From: Eledone cirrhosa
Taxonomy: Eukaryota
Assembly: GCA_964016885.1 (NCBI GenBank)
Contig: OZ024740.1
Location: 305,226,001 to 305,290,000 of the forward strand
Length of the DNA stretch: 64,000 nucleotides
Direction: 5' to 3'
Shown here: one piece after another, positions 12,530 to 27,803 of the stretch
How the letters are laid out: every line of letters starts with the position of its first letter
Numbering within the stretch: position 1 is the first letter of the stretch
The notes under the pieces: generated by a model
The model's input: only the letters and a program-made list of their open reading frames with translations
Told to the model about the DNA's origin: nothing
Databases searched by the model: none
Position numbers and translations under genes: made by a program

Positions 12530-14380
12530 GGGAACAAAATTCATAGAATTCTGTGATGTCAATGACACTTAACCATCTGCAACGGCCATTTGATCACATA
12601 CTAATTAGACAAACACTAAAGCCAGATTGACTTAATACTCATTAGAAAGCAGGATAGGAAGATGGTTGTAAATACTAAGCCTTTTAGAAGAGAAGAATGT
12701 ACCACCCAGCACAGACTTGTAACAGTGACATTAGAGTAAGGTCTTGATGGACTCTGAGAGACGGGGCAATAGATATAACAAGAGAAGAGACAAGTACTTA
12801 GGCAACAGTAATACAAGGCTTGCTAGTTCAGAAGTTACTGTTACTCTAGTAGATGTAGAGGAATGATACAGTGCATCAATAAGCTATTGGTTATAGTGTG
12901 TTGGTGACTGAATATTTGCCTATTTGTTAGGCAATGATTTTTATTTGGGAAGCTATTTAGACGGTTTGATGTGTAGGTATGGGCAGCTGCATCAGCCTAG
13001 TTATAAAAGCAGTATGGAAATGTGTGCAAATTTGTGCTTTGCATTATAGAATGTTAGTCAGTTAGTCTTAGTTTCCACTCCTGGAGAGAATGCTGGGCTT
13101 TCTGTTGCAGTCTTGTTTGTTATAAATGTGAAGTGTCATAATGAAAGTTCATTAGATGTGTTTAACATTTGTAGTAAACCTGAGGATTTCAGTTGTGCTG
13201 TTCAGGAGTTAGGTGGAATGTTATGTGTAGATTTCTTTAATGCGTTTTTAAGTGTGTTATGGCTAAGGCCATGTTGGGGCACTGCATATGTTATGGCTTT
13301 TATGATAACATTGAATAAGACTTTCATTACTATGGCTGGCGATTTTAATGGGCATATTGTGCATGAGTATGGCTTGAGAAATCAAGAAACAGAATTCTGT
13401 GATGTCAATGACTTAACCACCTGCAACAGCCACTTGATCACATACTAATTAGACAATCACTAAAGCTAGATTGACTTAATATTCATTAGAAATCAGGATG
13501 GGTAGATGTCATAAATACTAAGTCTTTTAGCAGAGAAGAATGTACCACACAGCACAGACTTGTAACAGTAACATTAGAGTAAGGTCTTGATGGACTTCGT
13601 GACACAGGAAAATCTGAATGGGAAGGTTATGAACATTAAACGATCCCACTGCTAAATATAGATTCAGAGATGCTCTATATGATGCATATAAGGAGGAAGA
13701 GATTGATAGCCATGACACAAAGGTGCAACTGGAAGTTTCTTCAAGACAACCTATTACAAGCTACTGATGAGGTCTATAGCTTGAGTAGTGTATCAGCCAG
13801 ACAAATGGTGAGTTGATGGTGGAATAGTGCTGTAAATAGAACCATAAAAGTTAAGACAAGCTTGGAAAGGGGGCAATAACAAACGATATCAGGTAGATAG
13901 AAGATGGTTGGTTTATACACCATGCGGGAAGCTAAAAGCAAGTGACTTGCCAATGTTCTACAGTCTGAAAATCAGGGGTGTGGGGTGTTTAGGATTGAAA
14001 GGTAGTGTGTTTGAAATGACTCTGGTACACTTAGTTTCACTGTCACTCAGATGAAAGGGGCATGGAAATATTATTATGAGATGTTAAATATGTAGTGTGT
14101 GAGAGAAGGAGGGAGTAGGCCCAACAAAGGAACCAGCCATTGAGGTCATTAGTTATATGGTTAAATAGTCCATTAATAATATGGGGAATGGAAAAGCTGC
14201 TGAACTATCTGAAATAGTTGCAGAGATGTTGAAAATATTTGCCAATGTGTGACATATCTCAAGAAACTGAACCTCACAAAGGAAATGGTAAAGGAAAGAA
14301 GCAAATGGAGAGATGATGTACTGAAGATGTGTCTCATCCATGCTAGCATGGAAAAACACTCGTAAAAAAAATGATGATGT
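12530..14380 (+). mobile_element. Decayed RTE LINE fragments (endonuclease/linker, partly duplicated)
   Basis: AGDFNGHI motif, EFCDVNDLTTCN and GKAAELSEIVAEMLK. 12546-12770 duplicates 13391-13610. Confidence 0.7.
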
Positions 14381-14589
14381 CTTCAGTGATCTGCCATTTT
14401 AGATATACTGCATTATTTCCACTTTCTTATAACTTTACAAGGAATAATTTATTTTTAATCAATTAGATTTGATCCAATTAATAATTATATTCACCAGAAT
14501 AAAATGATCCTTTTGTATTTGATGCATAATGTATTGACTGCTTTGAAAAATATTGTCTACAATTGATCACTTGATATTATATTTTCCAG

Positions 14590-14649
14590 AGTTCATTGAA
14601 GGCGTTTCTCAGTTTAGTGTTAAAGGAGATAAAGAGTCCAAATTGAGAT
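14590..14649 (+). CDS. PPP3R1: Calcineurin B, 60-nt coding exon (not in the ORF track)
   Basis: ttttccag|AG TTC ATT GAA GGC...TTG AGA T|gtaagt reads (E)FIEGVSQFSVKGDKESKLR(F). Phase is compatible with both neighbouring exons. Confidence 0.96.
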
Positions 14650-15581
14650 GTAAGTATATTTATTACATTTAGTGTGTAAAGTGTGATGTTTTTTAGTAGT
14701 GAAACATAGGCTGTGATTGCAGAAGACATGTGTATACTGGAGCGTAATGAAGCAACCATGCTCCATTGGATGTATGTGCAATGTAAATGTCAGAGAAAGG
14801 CAGAGCTTGGATGGAGTTATGAGAAAGTGGATTTAAGAGGAATCCGAGGTGGTGTGCAGGAGGGGAGTCTGCGTTGGTATGATTATTTCAGACTAGAGTA
14901 AATCGACTGTTCCCTTCCCCAAATTTGTGACCTTGTGTTTGATCTAAAAATAATTAATATTTATAGTTAATTAATTTTTCTATGAGAACATTCTGATCAC
15001 TGTAAATGACCGAATTTTTATGAATTCTTTCCCAGTTAATTCAGTAACCTCCAAGTAATTTTTCTCTGTTGCTACCCAGGTATGGGTCACTAGCAATGTT
15101 CCTCATTTTTTTCTCAGTTTACAGCACAGCACCAGTAAAGGGATATAACTCATGGGTCTTGTCTGATATCATTACAGTGAAGTCATACATTCACTTGCCT
15201 GATATCATTTCAGAATGTATAAACTCATAACTTATTCCATAATTTAGATATATATTTGTTTATTTAATCATTAGTTCCAGATACACATCAATATTTCTAC
15301 ACACACACATATATATATATTACATCCAAAAGTGAACTTCAAAATGTTATTGCTGTTGTAACAGTTTGGGGTAACACAAATTCATTTCCTGCTTTTAATT
15401 CCCAGTTCTAGTTTCAACAACTATATCATACTGTGGAGAAAAGATTGAACATTGCCATTTTTCATTTGTTCTCTACCTATAAATCTGCAACAATGAGTCT
15501 GTAATTTATTGATGAGGAATGATGTTCAAATATTTTTTGAAGAGACACAATCAGTGAGCTAGATGAGGAAACTATTATTAA

Positions 15582-15920
15582 TCCTTTTGTTACCAACCCG
15601 GTCAAAACCAGCTCTTGTTATATGAAATAAAACCACCCATTTTAAAGGTTTCCAATTTAAATTTAAATCTTCTAACATAATTTTATATAAGAACCTTATA
15701 TTAATTTACTATCTTAGTAATGAAGTAATTAATAATTTTAATAAAACCAGCCCTGGTTCTATAAAATAAAACCATCCATTTTAAAGGTTTCCAGTTTAAA
15801 TTAAAATCTAAGATATTATCTTAGTAATGAAATAATTAATAATTTTAGTTAATCCCTCAAAATTCTTCATTAATTAATTAAAATAGATTATATTTCATTA
15901 GAAATGTGGTCATGAAAGGA
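15582..15920. mobile_element. TTAA-flanked MITE (piggyBac-like) with an internal tandem duplication
   Basis: TTAA|tccttttgttacc...ggtcatgaaagga|TTAA. The aaaaccagc...aataatttta block occurs twice. Confidence 0.65.
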
Positions 15921-15953
15921 TTAAAACTTAAAACGGGAAATTCATTTTAATTA

Positions 15954-16121
15954 TTGTATTTCCCAGCATCGAAGACGCTACTTTTTTCCTAAGATAAGTC
16001 TCAAAAATCTACCATGCGTCCTGGAGGCCAAAGGATGTTTATTATTTTTTTCCAAATTTTTGATTGTCAAAATTAGGGTGCATCCTCAAGGACGAAGCGT
16101 CTTCGGCGCTGGGAAATATGG
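15954..16121. mobile_element. pogo/Tigger-type MITE
   Basis: TIRs tatttcccagcatcgaagacgc / gcgtcttcggcgctgggaaata, with TA on both flanks. Confidence 0.8.
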
Positions 16122-16308
16122 TACTGAGAGACTGATTACAACAGAAGCTACATTTTAATTTTCTTTTTTAGATTTTATATCAAAAGAAAAGAAAATTAGT
16201 ATTAGTCATGTATTTGGACCCCCCTCCTCTTACTACATTTTGTGACTGTGTCAATATGAGAATTCAGCATTATCATGATCTTCGTTTGTTTTTGTTTTTT
16301 TGTTCCAG

Positions 16309-16493
16309 TTGCCTTTAAGATCTATGATATGGATAAAGATGGGTATATTTCCAATGGAGAACTTTTCCAAGTCCTCAAAATGATGGTTGGTAGTAATCTT
16401 AAAGATACACAACTTCAACAAATTGTGGATAAAACAATAATTCATGCAGATACTGATGGAGATGGTAAAATATCATTTGAGGAATTCTGTGCC
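16309..16493 (+). CDS. PPP3R1: Calcineurin B, coding exon (EF-hands 3-4)
   Basis: tgttccag|TT GCC TTT AAG... reads [61 protein letters not shown], ending |gtgagt. 185 nt. Confidence 0.97.
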
Positions 16494-17559
16494 GTGAGTA
16501 TTTTGATTTTAATTTCATTAATTTTACATAGTATATGAAAGTCACCAAATTTAGTTCAGCGATTTCCGGCCATGACCCACTCACTCTATATTTTGAAATG
16601 CAGTTTCACAAATCATTGAGTACACACGTTATAGTTAGTAATAAAGACAGAGCTTGGATGAGCTGAAGGAGAAGCTGGACTTAAGGGGAATCCTATATGG
16701 TGTTCAGGAGAGAAAACTGCATTGGTATGGACAATGACCAATGGGTGAAGAAATCCCAGTGAAAGGAAGCCACAGTAGAGGACGACCAAGAAACAAATGA
16801 TGACCAGTTGATGGAGTTGATAGGATGGGTGAGGTATAAAGAAAAATAGTCTATTACTTGCTATAGTTGTTTCTGTTACATACTATTTACTGGTTTGGGT
16901 GCACATATTTTTAGTTGATCCTATCAACGTAAGGACTTATTTCAGTTTGGTATTTATTTTATCAAGCTCTGTTTCTAGAATTGCTAAGATTCATCTTGAC
17001 TTTGAGAGACACAACTCAACACAGAGGTTAACATTAGTAAAGAAACATGAACACACACATCATAATCATTTCACTTTCACATTCCATAGATTTAACAAAC
17101 TGTTGTATTGGCATGAGGGGCATTGTGGCTGTGCAGATGGTCATCTGTTTTGACACTATTTAAATCGGGCATACCCAGCCAGAAATCTATCACATCTTTC
17201 TGTTCAAACTGGCTGTAACTGGCCACTCATACTGATGTTAAGGTATTATTCTCAAAATAAATTATATTAAAATCTCATAGATTCGATATTATGTGATATA
17301 ATTATGTAAGGTAAAGTCTTTACTGTGAAAATATAATAGTAAATATAGAGTAATGTAAATGCTAAAGGGTTAAGAGAAAACTACAGGTTTACAGGAGGAG
17401 TTTCGCCCCCTGTTTGAATCAGCAACTGTAAAACAAACCATGAATATCACTAGTAGTGCAGGTCAACATGAGTGCATCCCCTGATAGAAAACCAAATTAG
17501 AGTTGAAAAATTGGTACAGATCCCTACTGAAATGCAAGAAATGTATAAATATAACTTCT

Positions 17560-20225
17560 TTCAACACTAAGAGAATAAATGAACTACAAACTTGAAGTTG
17601 CATGTGTAAAAGAATGTTAAGAAAAGGCTGGATACTGAGAAGGCTGAAAACAATTTAACTATTCGAAGAGTAGGCCTGATTTTAAGTCCAAAAGCACAAG
17701 AATCTTTACCCTGTGTTGAGTCTATAACGCCAAGAATAATGATAGCAATTCAATGGAAATCCAAAGTTAACCATAATAATAATAATAATGAAATTATTGT
17801 GTAAAGTGCTCAGGTGCACTACAACTCGTCAAAGGTGCATGTATAGTACATAATCTGTTGTTACAGTTCTACAAATACTGCAGGATTAGAGATTGCTGAA
17901 CATTTTTACAATGAACTTTCAGGATTAATACATGAAGTCCCCAAAATTAACTCTCCTCACAGGAGATTTTAATGCAAAGATTGGACAAAACAAGCTTAAA
18001 GGGTTTGCTTTTGTGACAAAACAAACAGAAATGAAGAATTATTGTTGGATCTATTTAATGAATGTCACCTGGCTGATTTGGAAGTTAAGTATAAGAAAAG
18101 ACTAGGAAAGTTGTGGACATTTAAATATCCAAATGGTGCTCGAAGTCACCTTGATTATATTTTAATAAATAATAAATGGAGAAATAGTGCAGTGAACTGT
18201 GAAACGTATAACTCTTTCTTACCACTAGATTCAGATCATCATCCTATCACAGCAAAGTATTAAATTATCACTACAATGTAACAAAACTAACAAGACAAAA
18301 AAAATTCTCTTTGACTGGTCTGCACTAAATACAAATGAGAGCATTAGAGAAAATTACACAGTTGAAATTAGTAACAGATACTGTGCCCTTCAAGACAATT
18401 CTGCTATTATTGTATGAAAACATAATTAATAAAAACATAATTAATAAAAACATAATTGATGAAAACATGCATGAAAATATAACTGAAACACATAAAAAGG
18501 CTACAGAACTCCACACAACTTTGAAACTGTGGAAAGTAAAGAAGGTCCCATGGGAAAAATAAAAAGTAGTAAGGAAAAGGAAAGAATTAAAAGTGCCTAT
18601 TCTAAACACGTTTCATCCAACTGAAAGAAACAAACAGCTTATAGTTGAAGCTAAAAGGAAACTGGATAATGTTATATCAAAGAACAATAAAACTACATTA
18701 GAAAGAAAGTAGAACTACAGCATAATGCTCACTTAAATTGAAAAGCTAAGCTTGCATGGATTGTTTTCAATTAAATAACTAGAAGAAAGAAATTTAACCA
18801 AGGTAAAATAAAGGTTGAAAGCCCAGAGGAAAGAGTAAAGTTGTAGAAGGAGCATTTTGCTAAGTTACTTGGACAACCTCCCTTGATAATTGAAGGAAAT
18901 ATTGACATGGTATTTGACTCACTGCGTATTGATGTTGGGGATTTTACATTGCAGGAGTTGAAAGATACAATCAAGTCAACACAAAACAACAAAGTTACAG
19001 GCTTCGATAATATACCAGCAGAAGTATGGAAAGTATATATGAATGATGAGTTGCTTGAAATCTACCAAAAAACCTTCAAAGTAGATGTGGCAAAAATCTG
19101 GAGAAAAGGGGGAATAATGCCTCTACCTAAGAAGGGTGACCTGGGATATACAGCAAATTATAGAGGAATTAAAATCTACAACAAAATGCTACTAAACAGA
19201 ATAAAACCACATCTAGACCAGAAACTCAGAATAAATCAAAATGGTTCCAGACAAAATAGATCAGCTGTCTCACAAATATTGACACTGCTGAGGCTACTAA
19301 ATGGCGTCACCTTAAAAGCTGTACTAACTTTCATTGATTTCAAAAAGACTTTTGACTCCCTCCATAGAGGAAAGCTTATGTCAATCCTAGTTGCATATGA
19401 CATACCTGATGCCATAGTTTCTGCTATAAATGTACTCTACATAAACATGGAAGCTAAAATTCTCTCTCCTAATGGTGATACCAAGTTTTTTGAAATCCTA
19501 GTGGGTGTTCTTCAAGGTAACACATTGGCACCATATCTTTTTATAATTGCTCTTGATTGTGCCATGAGGGAAGCCATTGTTAATGAACAATATCTCTGCT
19601 TTACATTGGCACAAAGGAAAAGTAAGCTAAACCTACCAATTGTGATGTGATCACTAAAACAAGAAGATGGCAGTTTTGTCACATAAGAAGACAGAATACT
19701 AAATAGAGTTGATGATTTTTTTATATTTGGACACCTGAGTTAATTAATCAAAAAAGGACATTGACATTAGAAAAGTCTGGGCTGCAATGAACAAAACAGA
19801 AAGGGTATGGAAGTCAGATCTATCCAGAAAATTTAAAATATCATTCTTCAGAACATCTGTTGAGTCAGTGTTTTATGGTACTGGTACATGGACCCTGACA
19901 TAAGCACTTGAAAAGAAATTAGATGGTCCATACATTAAAATGCTTGTACAAAACATGACATGGTGTTAACGTGTTACAAATGAAAGTTTATATAGAAACT
20001 TGCCCAAGATAACAACTACAACTGCTCAAAGATGGTTACGGTTTGCAGGATATTACTGGAGAAGTAAGCAGGAAGTTATACACAAGTTACTATTGTGGGA
20101 ACCAACTCATGAGAGACGCAGTAGAGGAAGGTCTGCTTGAACTGTCATCCATCAACTCTCAGATGATACAAACATCAGTAGGGAGCAGTTGTCAGGGATA
20201 TTCAACCATGGTCACAACAATGATG
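17560..20225 (+). mobile_element. Second, distinct RTE-clade LINE (APE endonuclease + RT), pseudogenised, in the last calcineurin B intron
   Basis: EN motifs GDFNAKIG, HLDYILIN and DSDHHPI. RT motifs PLPKKGDL..NYRGI, FIDFKKTFDSLHR and GVLQGNTLAPYLFIIALD. Multiple stops and frameshifts. Confidence 0.9.
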
Positions 20226-20530
20226 AATTTTTCTTGCTAAAACAGACCACCTTTAGGTTCTAAAAATTCTGCTTGTTTTTTTTTTTTTTAGGGGGAGGGG
20301 GTCTTTCAATTTTTCTGGCTAACATTCTAGATATATGTATTGACTAGACTTGTACTGCATATTTTCTTTCTTTTTTTTTTCCCCCATTTCTATTAGCTAC
20401 TTGTTTTTTAGAAGGAAAAAATGTGCTGCTTGGTCATTTCTGGCATTCTGAGAGTTTTATGTCAATTTTGATTTGTTCTCGATGACTGTTTGTTGATAAT
20501 AGTTTCTAAATATTTCTTGTTTTCCTCCAG

Positions 20531-20578
20531 GTGGTTGGTACAATGGACGTACATAAGAAGATGGTTGTGGATGTATAG
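20531..20578 (+). CDS. PPP3R1: Calcineurin B, terminal coding exon
   Basis: tttcctccag|GTG GTT GGT ACA ATG GAC GTA CAT AAG AAG ATG GTT GTG GAT GTA TAG = VVGTMDVHKKMVVDV*, the canonical CnB C-terminus. Confidence 0.96.
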   Translation: MVGTMDVHKKMVVDV

Positions 20579-20637
20579 TAAGAAAGTGCTGGAATATCAA
20601 AACTTTTAACTTGTACTTTCCATGACAACACCGTTTG

Positions 20638-20639
20638 CT

Positions 20640-20677
<38 letters not shown>

Positions 20678-21820
20678 TTATATATAATATATTATATATA
20701 TACATTTATATATATATATATTATATAATATATATTATTTATAATCATATGTGTATTATGTATATATATATTATATATATATATATATATATACATTTAT
20801 ATATATATATTATATAATATATATTATTTATAATCATATGTGTATTATGTATATATATATTATATATATATACATTTATATATTTATATATATATATATA
20901 CATTATATACATATATATAACAATTCCTTATTCCTCCTCCATACCAACGTCAGATCTTCATATCCCTAAACTTATTAAAAGCATTTCATTTCAAATGGTT
21001 ATATTACATTGTTTTTCTTTATTTAGGATTATATAATTATATATATAATATATATATATACATGTGTATATATATATATATATATACACATGTATATATA
21101 TATATATACACGTGTATATATATATATACACGTGTATATATATATATATATACATGTGTATATATATATATATACACATGTATATATATATATATACACA
21201 TGTATATATATATATATATACACGTGTATATATATATATATATATATTCACGTATATATATATACATGTGTATATATATATATATATATATACACATGTA
21301 TATATATATATATACACGTGTATATATATATATACACGTGTATATATATATATATATACATGTGTATATATATATATATACACATGTATATATATATATA
21401 TACACATGTATATATATATATATACACGTGTATATATATATATATATATATATATATTCACGTATATATATATACATGTGTATATATATATATATATTCA
21501 CGTATATATATATACATGTGTATATATATATATATTCACGTATATATATATACATGTGTATATATATATATATATTCACGTATATATATATATACACGTG
21601 TATATATATATATATATTCACGTATATATATATATACACGTGTATATATATATATATATTCACGTATATATATATACACGTATATATATATACACGTGTA
21701 TATATATATATATATACACGTGTATATATATATATATACACGTGTGTATATATATATATATACGTGTATATATATATATATTCACGTATATATATACACA
21801 CATGTATATATATATATATT
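20638..21820. repeat. (TA)n microsatellite arrays punctuated by CATG/CACGTG
   Basis: Seen directly; two blocks at 20638-20920 and 21035-21820. Confidence 0.95.
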
Positions 21821-22505
21821 TTTTTTTTGTGCTTATATATATATATAATGTAGTTCTAGGACATTTTCTTTTTTTATATATTTTAGATCTATATGCATTA
21901 ATATAATTTAGTGATAACTTATATATATTATATTTTGTTATATAATATATATTTATTAAACACCTGAAAATAGTAATGAGTGCATCTTTTGATGTCCTGA
22001 TTTACTATGATTCATCAAATAAGCCCCAGCATGTGGATATTTTGAGTTTAGCATTATTTTGTGAAAGGTAACACTAAAATAAATACTACAAACATGCAAA
22101 AAAAATAAAAGCAAGGACAAAAAAATTAATCAACAATGCAAAGCTGTTGTTTTTAATTGAATTTAAAGAAAGTGATTTTGTTTTATTGATTTAGAAACAT
22201 AAATATAATTCGATTTTTTAAACTTATTTTGTTGCCTAAAATCCAACCATCATTAACTGATGGTAGATTTGCCTTCACTTGGTCAGCTTATCTCCTCTAT
22301 TACACAATCAGACAAGCTGAGCATATGGAGGCAAATTAACCTCAACAACTCATCTCCCATCCATTACTGCTGTAAAAACAATGTAAGTCATAATTGATGT
22401 TTTGAAATTTCTCTTTTCTGCTACATCATATCATTGTTGAAGCGCAGAAATCCATTTCTGCTTGTAGTCTCTAGAAATAGAATTCTCTAAAATAGAAAAT
22501 ATTGG

Positions 22506-22562
22506 CTCTCTCTCTCTATCTCTATCTCTCTCTCTCTCTATCTCTATCTCTTTCTCTCTCTA

Positions 22563-22596
<34 letters not shown>

Positions 22597-22622
22597 CTCC
22601 TCCTCCTCCTCCTCTCGCTCTC
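22506..22622. repeat. (CT)n/(CCT)n microsatellite
   Basis: Seen directly. Confidence 0.95.
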
Positions 22623-25611
22623 CTACCAAAGAATGTATCAATGCAAGAAACTCTGTAATTCTTCCGCAGGTTTCTTTTGGCACTGCATATAGACAAAAGT
22701 TGCACTTGTTTTGCAATCTGTCAAACATAAACCCAGTCCCAACTGGTCTGTGTGATATAGAACAATAAATAAACTACAACTTATATCAAGTTCTGTTTTT
22801 TACAATATTTTTCAATCAGTGACCTTCCATATTTGGCCAAGGAAGTCATTCCTGTATTGAAATTTGAAATGCCATTACTCATTTTTAAAAAAAAAAATAA
22901 TTTCAATCTTGCCCTCCTCAACTTTCTTTATTTTTCTGATATCATTTAGCAATAAGATTATCATAATCATATTGAAATTACCAACATTTACAATTTCCTT
23001 CCATAGTTATCCGGAAGATCAGTGAACATCTTCATATATCTATATTATTGTACTTCTTACTTAAATCACAGAAATGGTAAATTTCAGATTGCTCTTTAGT
23101 TACTTCTTTGGCTTTTTCTTTTACTGATAAGCAATTTTTGTTATCAGTTTTATTTTAGAAGCATGCTAAGCACTGTAGTAGTTTAGCTAGATGGCATATC
23201 TGCAATACCAGTGTGTGCATGAAGATGTCTATTATCTGTATATAAAAAGAAACCTGAATGCTACATTGATCATTCACATTTAAGAGAATTGAACCCCACA
23301 AAGCATAAATCTACTAGTTGAGCTGTACACAATATCATTTGTACAAATGACTTTTTAATATTCACTCAACAGATAAAAATCATCTCTTCACTCTCAAGAT
23401 CTACGTGGATATATGTCTTACACACATTTTGTTTTTCTAACTAAATTTCTATGCATTTTTCAACAAAAAGAACTAGTGTTATATATGTAATAACTGGATT
23501 CTAAAACTTTAGTTGTCTTGTTACATAATGGCAGCTATATAGCATTGAAGTTTCTTTCTCTTATTCGTAGTTCTTTATTGGGTTTTTTTTTCTTCTTTAG
23601 TCTAAAACAGTTTTAGAGTATAATAATGGTATAATTATATATATATATATATATATATACCCGACTCTATTGTGCAGTCTCTATTAGTAGCCATATATTA
23701 GTAGCATGCTCAATGTTGATAGAAAACAAATTAGTTAACTGAAATAGAGCTTCTCTTTTTAGTTTTTTTTTTCTTTCTTTTCCCTTCTAAGGATCTATTT
23801 CTTGTTTTCAGTTTATTTTAACTTTTACAAGAAATATTAATTCTTAGTAAAGAGATGGGAATATATTTATAAATAAACATATAAGCCTAATCTTCATAAA
23901 TCAGCTCTTCTTTTTCTTCTCTTCTTTCTCTTCCTCTTCTCTCTTTTTCTCCTCTCTGTATCTCTCTCTCTCTCTATCTATATCTATCTATCCCAACAAC
24001 AATAAATCTTTATCTGCTACAGTTTAAGTGAAATATTTGAAACCTTCAGAAATGATACTTTAGAAGTGCATGGATTGTAAATATAAATTCATAGCAGAAA
24101 TAAAACACAAAAAGACTTGCAAATGCAGCAGTTAAATATCTTTAGAAAGCAAAATGGAAATGTTACTGAAGTATAAAGTTTGGAAATATAGCAGTCCCAA
24201 AATGTGTGGTAAATAACCACTATTAATGTGTATGTATGAGTGTATATACATGTCTACATGTATCAATACACAGCTTATATATCTTCTACATCCATGGCCA
24301 CTTGATGACCATCTTCAAAGTAAAATATCTTTATGAATTTCTGATTTTGTCTAGCAATTTGATTTTTCCATTTTGTAATGTATCAAATAACAAGATGGGA
24401 ATTTTACTGGCTGTAGTGTAACAAAACAAAACAAAATAAAAAAAAAACAATACTTAAATTTTGAGCTGAATATACATGCTCTATCTGGTAATCAAATGGT
24501 TATTAACAAGGATTTAGTGTTCTTTAGTGTCCATTGGAACTGTAGAATAATAAATCCATCAGTTCATTCATGGTAATCCAAGACAGGTCGAATTGGAATT
24601 ATCATAAATAAGCTAAAAGCTAGAAATGGTTAGCTCTTTATCATGTTATTGTACCTCAATGTGACTCTCTTCAATCTGGCATAATTCAATTTCTTTAAAG
24701 AAAAAAAATAAAACACCTTACTGAAAATGCTACTATAATTACAGTATGCTTCTGCCATAATTTTTAAACCATTTTCACACTGCTCTGCAGCTTGTTGTGA
24801 GGAGTGAACAATGTGGTACAATAAAATGGAATGCTGCAAGAAAATTGGGCAGATTTCAAGATTTTCTGTCCATTTATCCTTTAAATTGTAAAAGAAGCTT
24901 TCAAATTTTGAATATCTATTTATTGCTTAATAAACCTGTTTTTATCTTCGACAGGTTTCTGCATAAATGGTTTTCTCTCTCTCTCTCTTTCTCTTCCTTT
25001 CTTTATTGGAAACTACTAACCATGTAAAAAGAAAAAAATGAAGCTTAATATTTGGAGTAATTATATCTGATATTAAATGAATCTTAAAATTATTTCAACT
25101 GTTTCCTTTCCTTTCTCTTCTCCCTCTCTTTATTACATAGTTTTCCTTTTAACCATTTTTCTTTCTTTGCTTAGTGTCCAGTTGCCTATTAATCCAGTGA
25201 TGTGTCGATGTTAGCATTGTTTCTGTCCTTAGCTTATGACAAAGAAACTTCATTCTTTTGTTATCATGTTGTATATACACCTATTTGGATCATTTACTCA
25301 CACTTTACATCTGTTTCATTACCTACTTGCAACATGTTACACCCATTCCTTGTTGGTTAGCCCTTTTCTACTTAACTTTCTCATAGCCCCCACCACCATC
25401 TATTTCAATTTACATTTCTTTCTCTTTTAGAGACCTAAAAAATGATTTTCAACAAATATGTAATATTTGTTCAATATGTGTTGTTTTAAAATATTACTAA
25501 ATATGATTTAAATGGAATTAAATGGAATTGTATCACTCCAATAGAAAGTACACTGCTTTGGGTTGTTGCTCTATACTTTGAAGGATTTCTTTTTTTTTTT
25601 TTCTTATTGTG

Positions 25612-25617
25612 AATAAA
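25612..25617 (+). promoter_or_regulatory. Candidate polyadenylation signal for calcineurin B (proximal option)
   Basis: AATAAA preceded by a U-rich tract. AATAAA is frequent in AT-rich DNA, so this is tentative. Confidence 0.3.
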
Positions 25618-25685
25618 GTGCTTTTACAATAATCACTGTAAAGTGACTTATATTACGTAACCTCTAAACCATGCTTTCCTGCTGG

Positions 25686-25717
25686 TGTGTGTGGCTGTGT
25701 GTATATGTATGTATGCA

Positions 25718-25761
<44 letters not shown>

Positions 25762-25799
25762 GTTATATATATATATATATCTATGTGTATGTATATATG

Positions 25800-25832
<33 letters not shown>

Positions 25833-26527
25833 GTATGTATATATATGTATATGTATGTATGTATGTATATGTATGTATGTATATATATGTATATGTATGT
25901 ATGTATATATATGTATATGTATGTATGTATATATATGTATATGTATGTATGTATATATATGTATATGTATGTATGTATATATATGTATATGTATGTATGT
26001 ATATATATGTATATGTATGTATGTATATATATGTATATGTATGTATGTATATATATGTATATGTATGTATGTATATATATGTATATGTATGTATGTATAT
26101 ATATGTATATGTATGTATGTATATGTATATGTATGTATGTATGTATATATATGTATATGTATGTATGTATGTATATATATGTATATGTATGTATGTATGT
26201 ATGTATATGTATGTATGTATATATGTATGTATATGTATATGTATGTATATGTATGTATATGTATGTATATATATATGTATGTATATGTATATGTATGTAT
26301 ATGTATGTATGTATATGTATGTATGTATATGTATGTATGTATGTATATATATATGTATGTGTATGTATGTATGTGTATGTATGTATGTATATATATGTAT
26401 GTGTATGTATGTATGTGTATGTATGTATGTATATGTATGTATGTATATATATATGTATGTGTATGTATGTATGTGTATGTATGTATATGTATGTATGTAT
26501 ATGTATGTATGTATATGTATATGTATG

Positions 26528-26578
<51 letters not shown>

Positions 26579-26790
26579 ATATGTGTATGTATATATATAT
26601 GTATGTATATATGTGTATGTATATATATATGTATGTATATATGTGGATGTATATATATATGTATGTATATATGTGTATGTATATATATATGTATGTATAT
26701 ATGTGTATGTATATATGTGTATGTATATATATATGTATGTATATATGTGTATGTATATATATATGTGTATGTATATATATATGTATATAT

Positions 26791-26821
<31 letters not shown>

Positions 26822-26947
26822 TATATATATATGTATATGTATGTACGTATGTATATATGTATATATATATATGTATGTATATATGTATGTATATATGTAT
26901 GTATATATATATGTATGTATATATATATGTATATATATATGTATATA

Positions 26948-26988
<41 letters not shown>

Positions 26989-27553
26989 ATATGTATGTAT
27001 GTATGTATATATGTATATATGTATGTATATATGTATGTATATATGTATGTATATATGTATATATATATGTATATATGTATATATATGTATATATATATGT
27101 ATATATATATGTATGTATATATGTATGTATATATGTATGTATATATGTATATATATATGTATGTATATATGTATATATATATGTATGTATATATATATGT
27201 ATATATATATGTATGTATATATATATGTATATATATATGTATGTATATATATATATATGTATGTATATATGTATGTATATATGTATATATATATGTATAT
27301 ATATATGTATATGTATATGTATATATATATGTATATATATATGTATATATATATGTATATGTATATATATATGTATATATATATGTATATATATGTATAT
27401 ATATATGTATATATATATGTATATATATGTATATATATATATATGTATATATATATGTATATATATATGTATATATATGTATATATATATATATGTATGT
27501 ATATATGTATATATGTATATATATGTATATATATATATATGTATGTATATATG

Positions 27554-27592
<39 letters not shown>

Positions 27593-27696
27593 GTATGTAT
27601 ATATGTATATATATATATATGTATGTATATATGTATATATATATATATGTATGTATATATGTATATATATATATATGTATGTATATATGTATATAT

Positions 27697-27754
<58 letters not shown>

Positions 27755-27772
27755 GTATGTATATATGTATAT

Positions 27773-27803
<31 letters not shown>

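Noticed and set aside
16275-16538. ORF-track starts/ends for calcineurin B pieces (also 7172-7354)
   Set aside because: The ORF extensions run into intron sequence; the true limits are set by the AG/GT splice sites given in the features.
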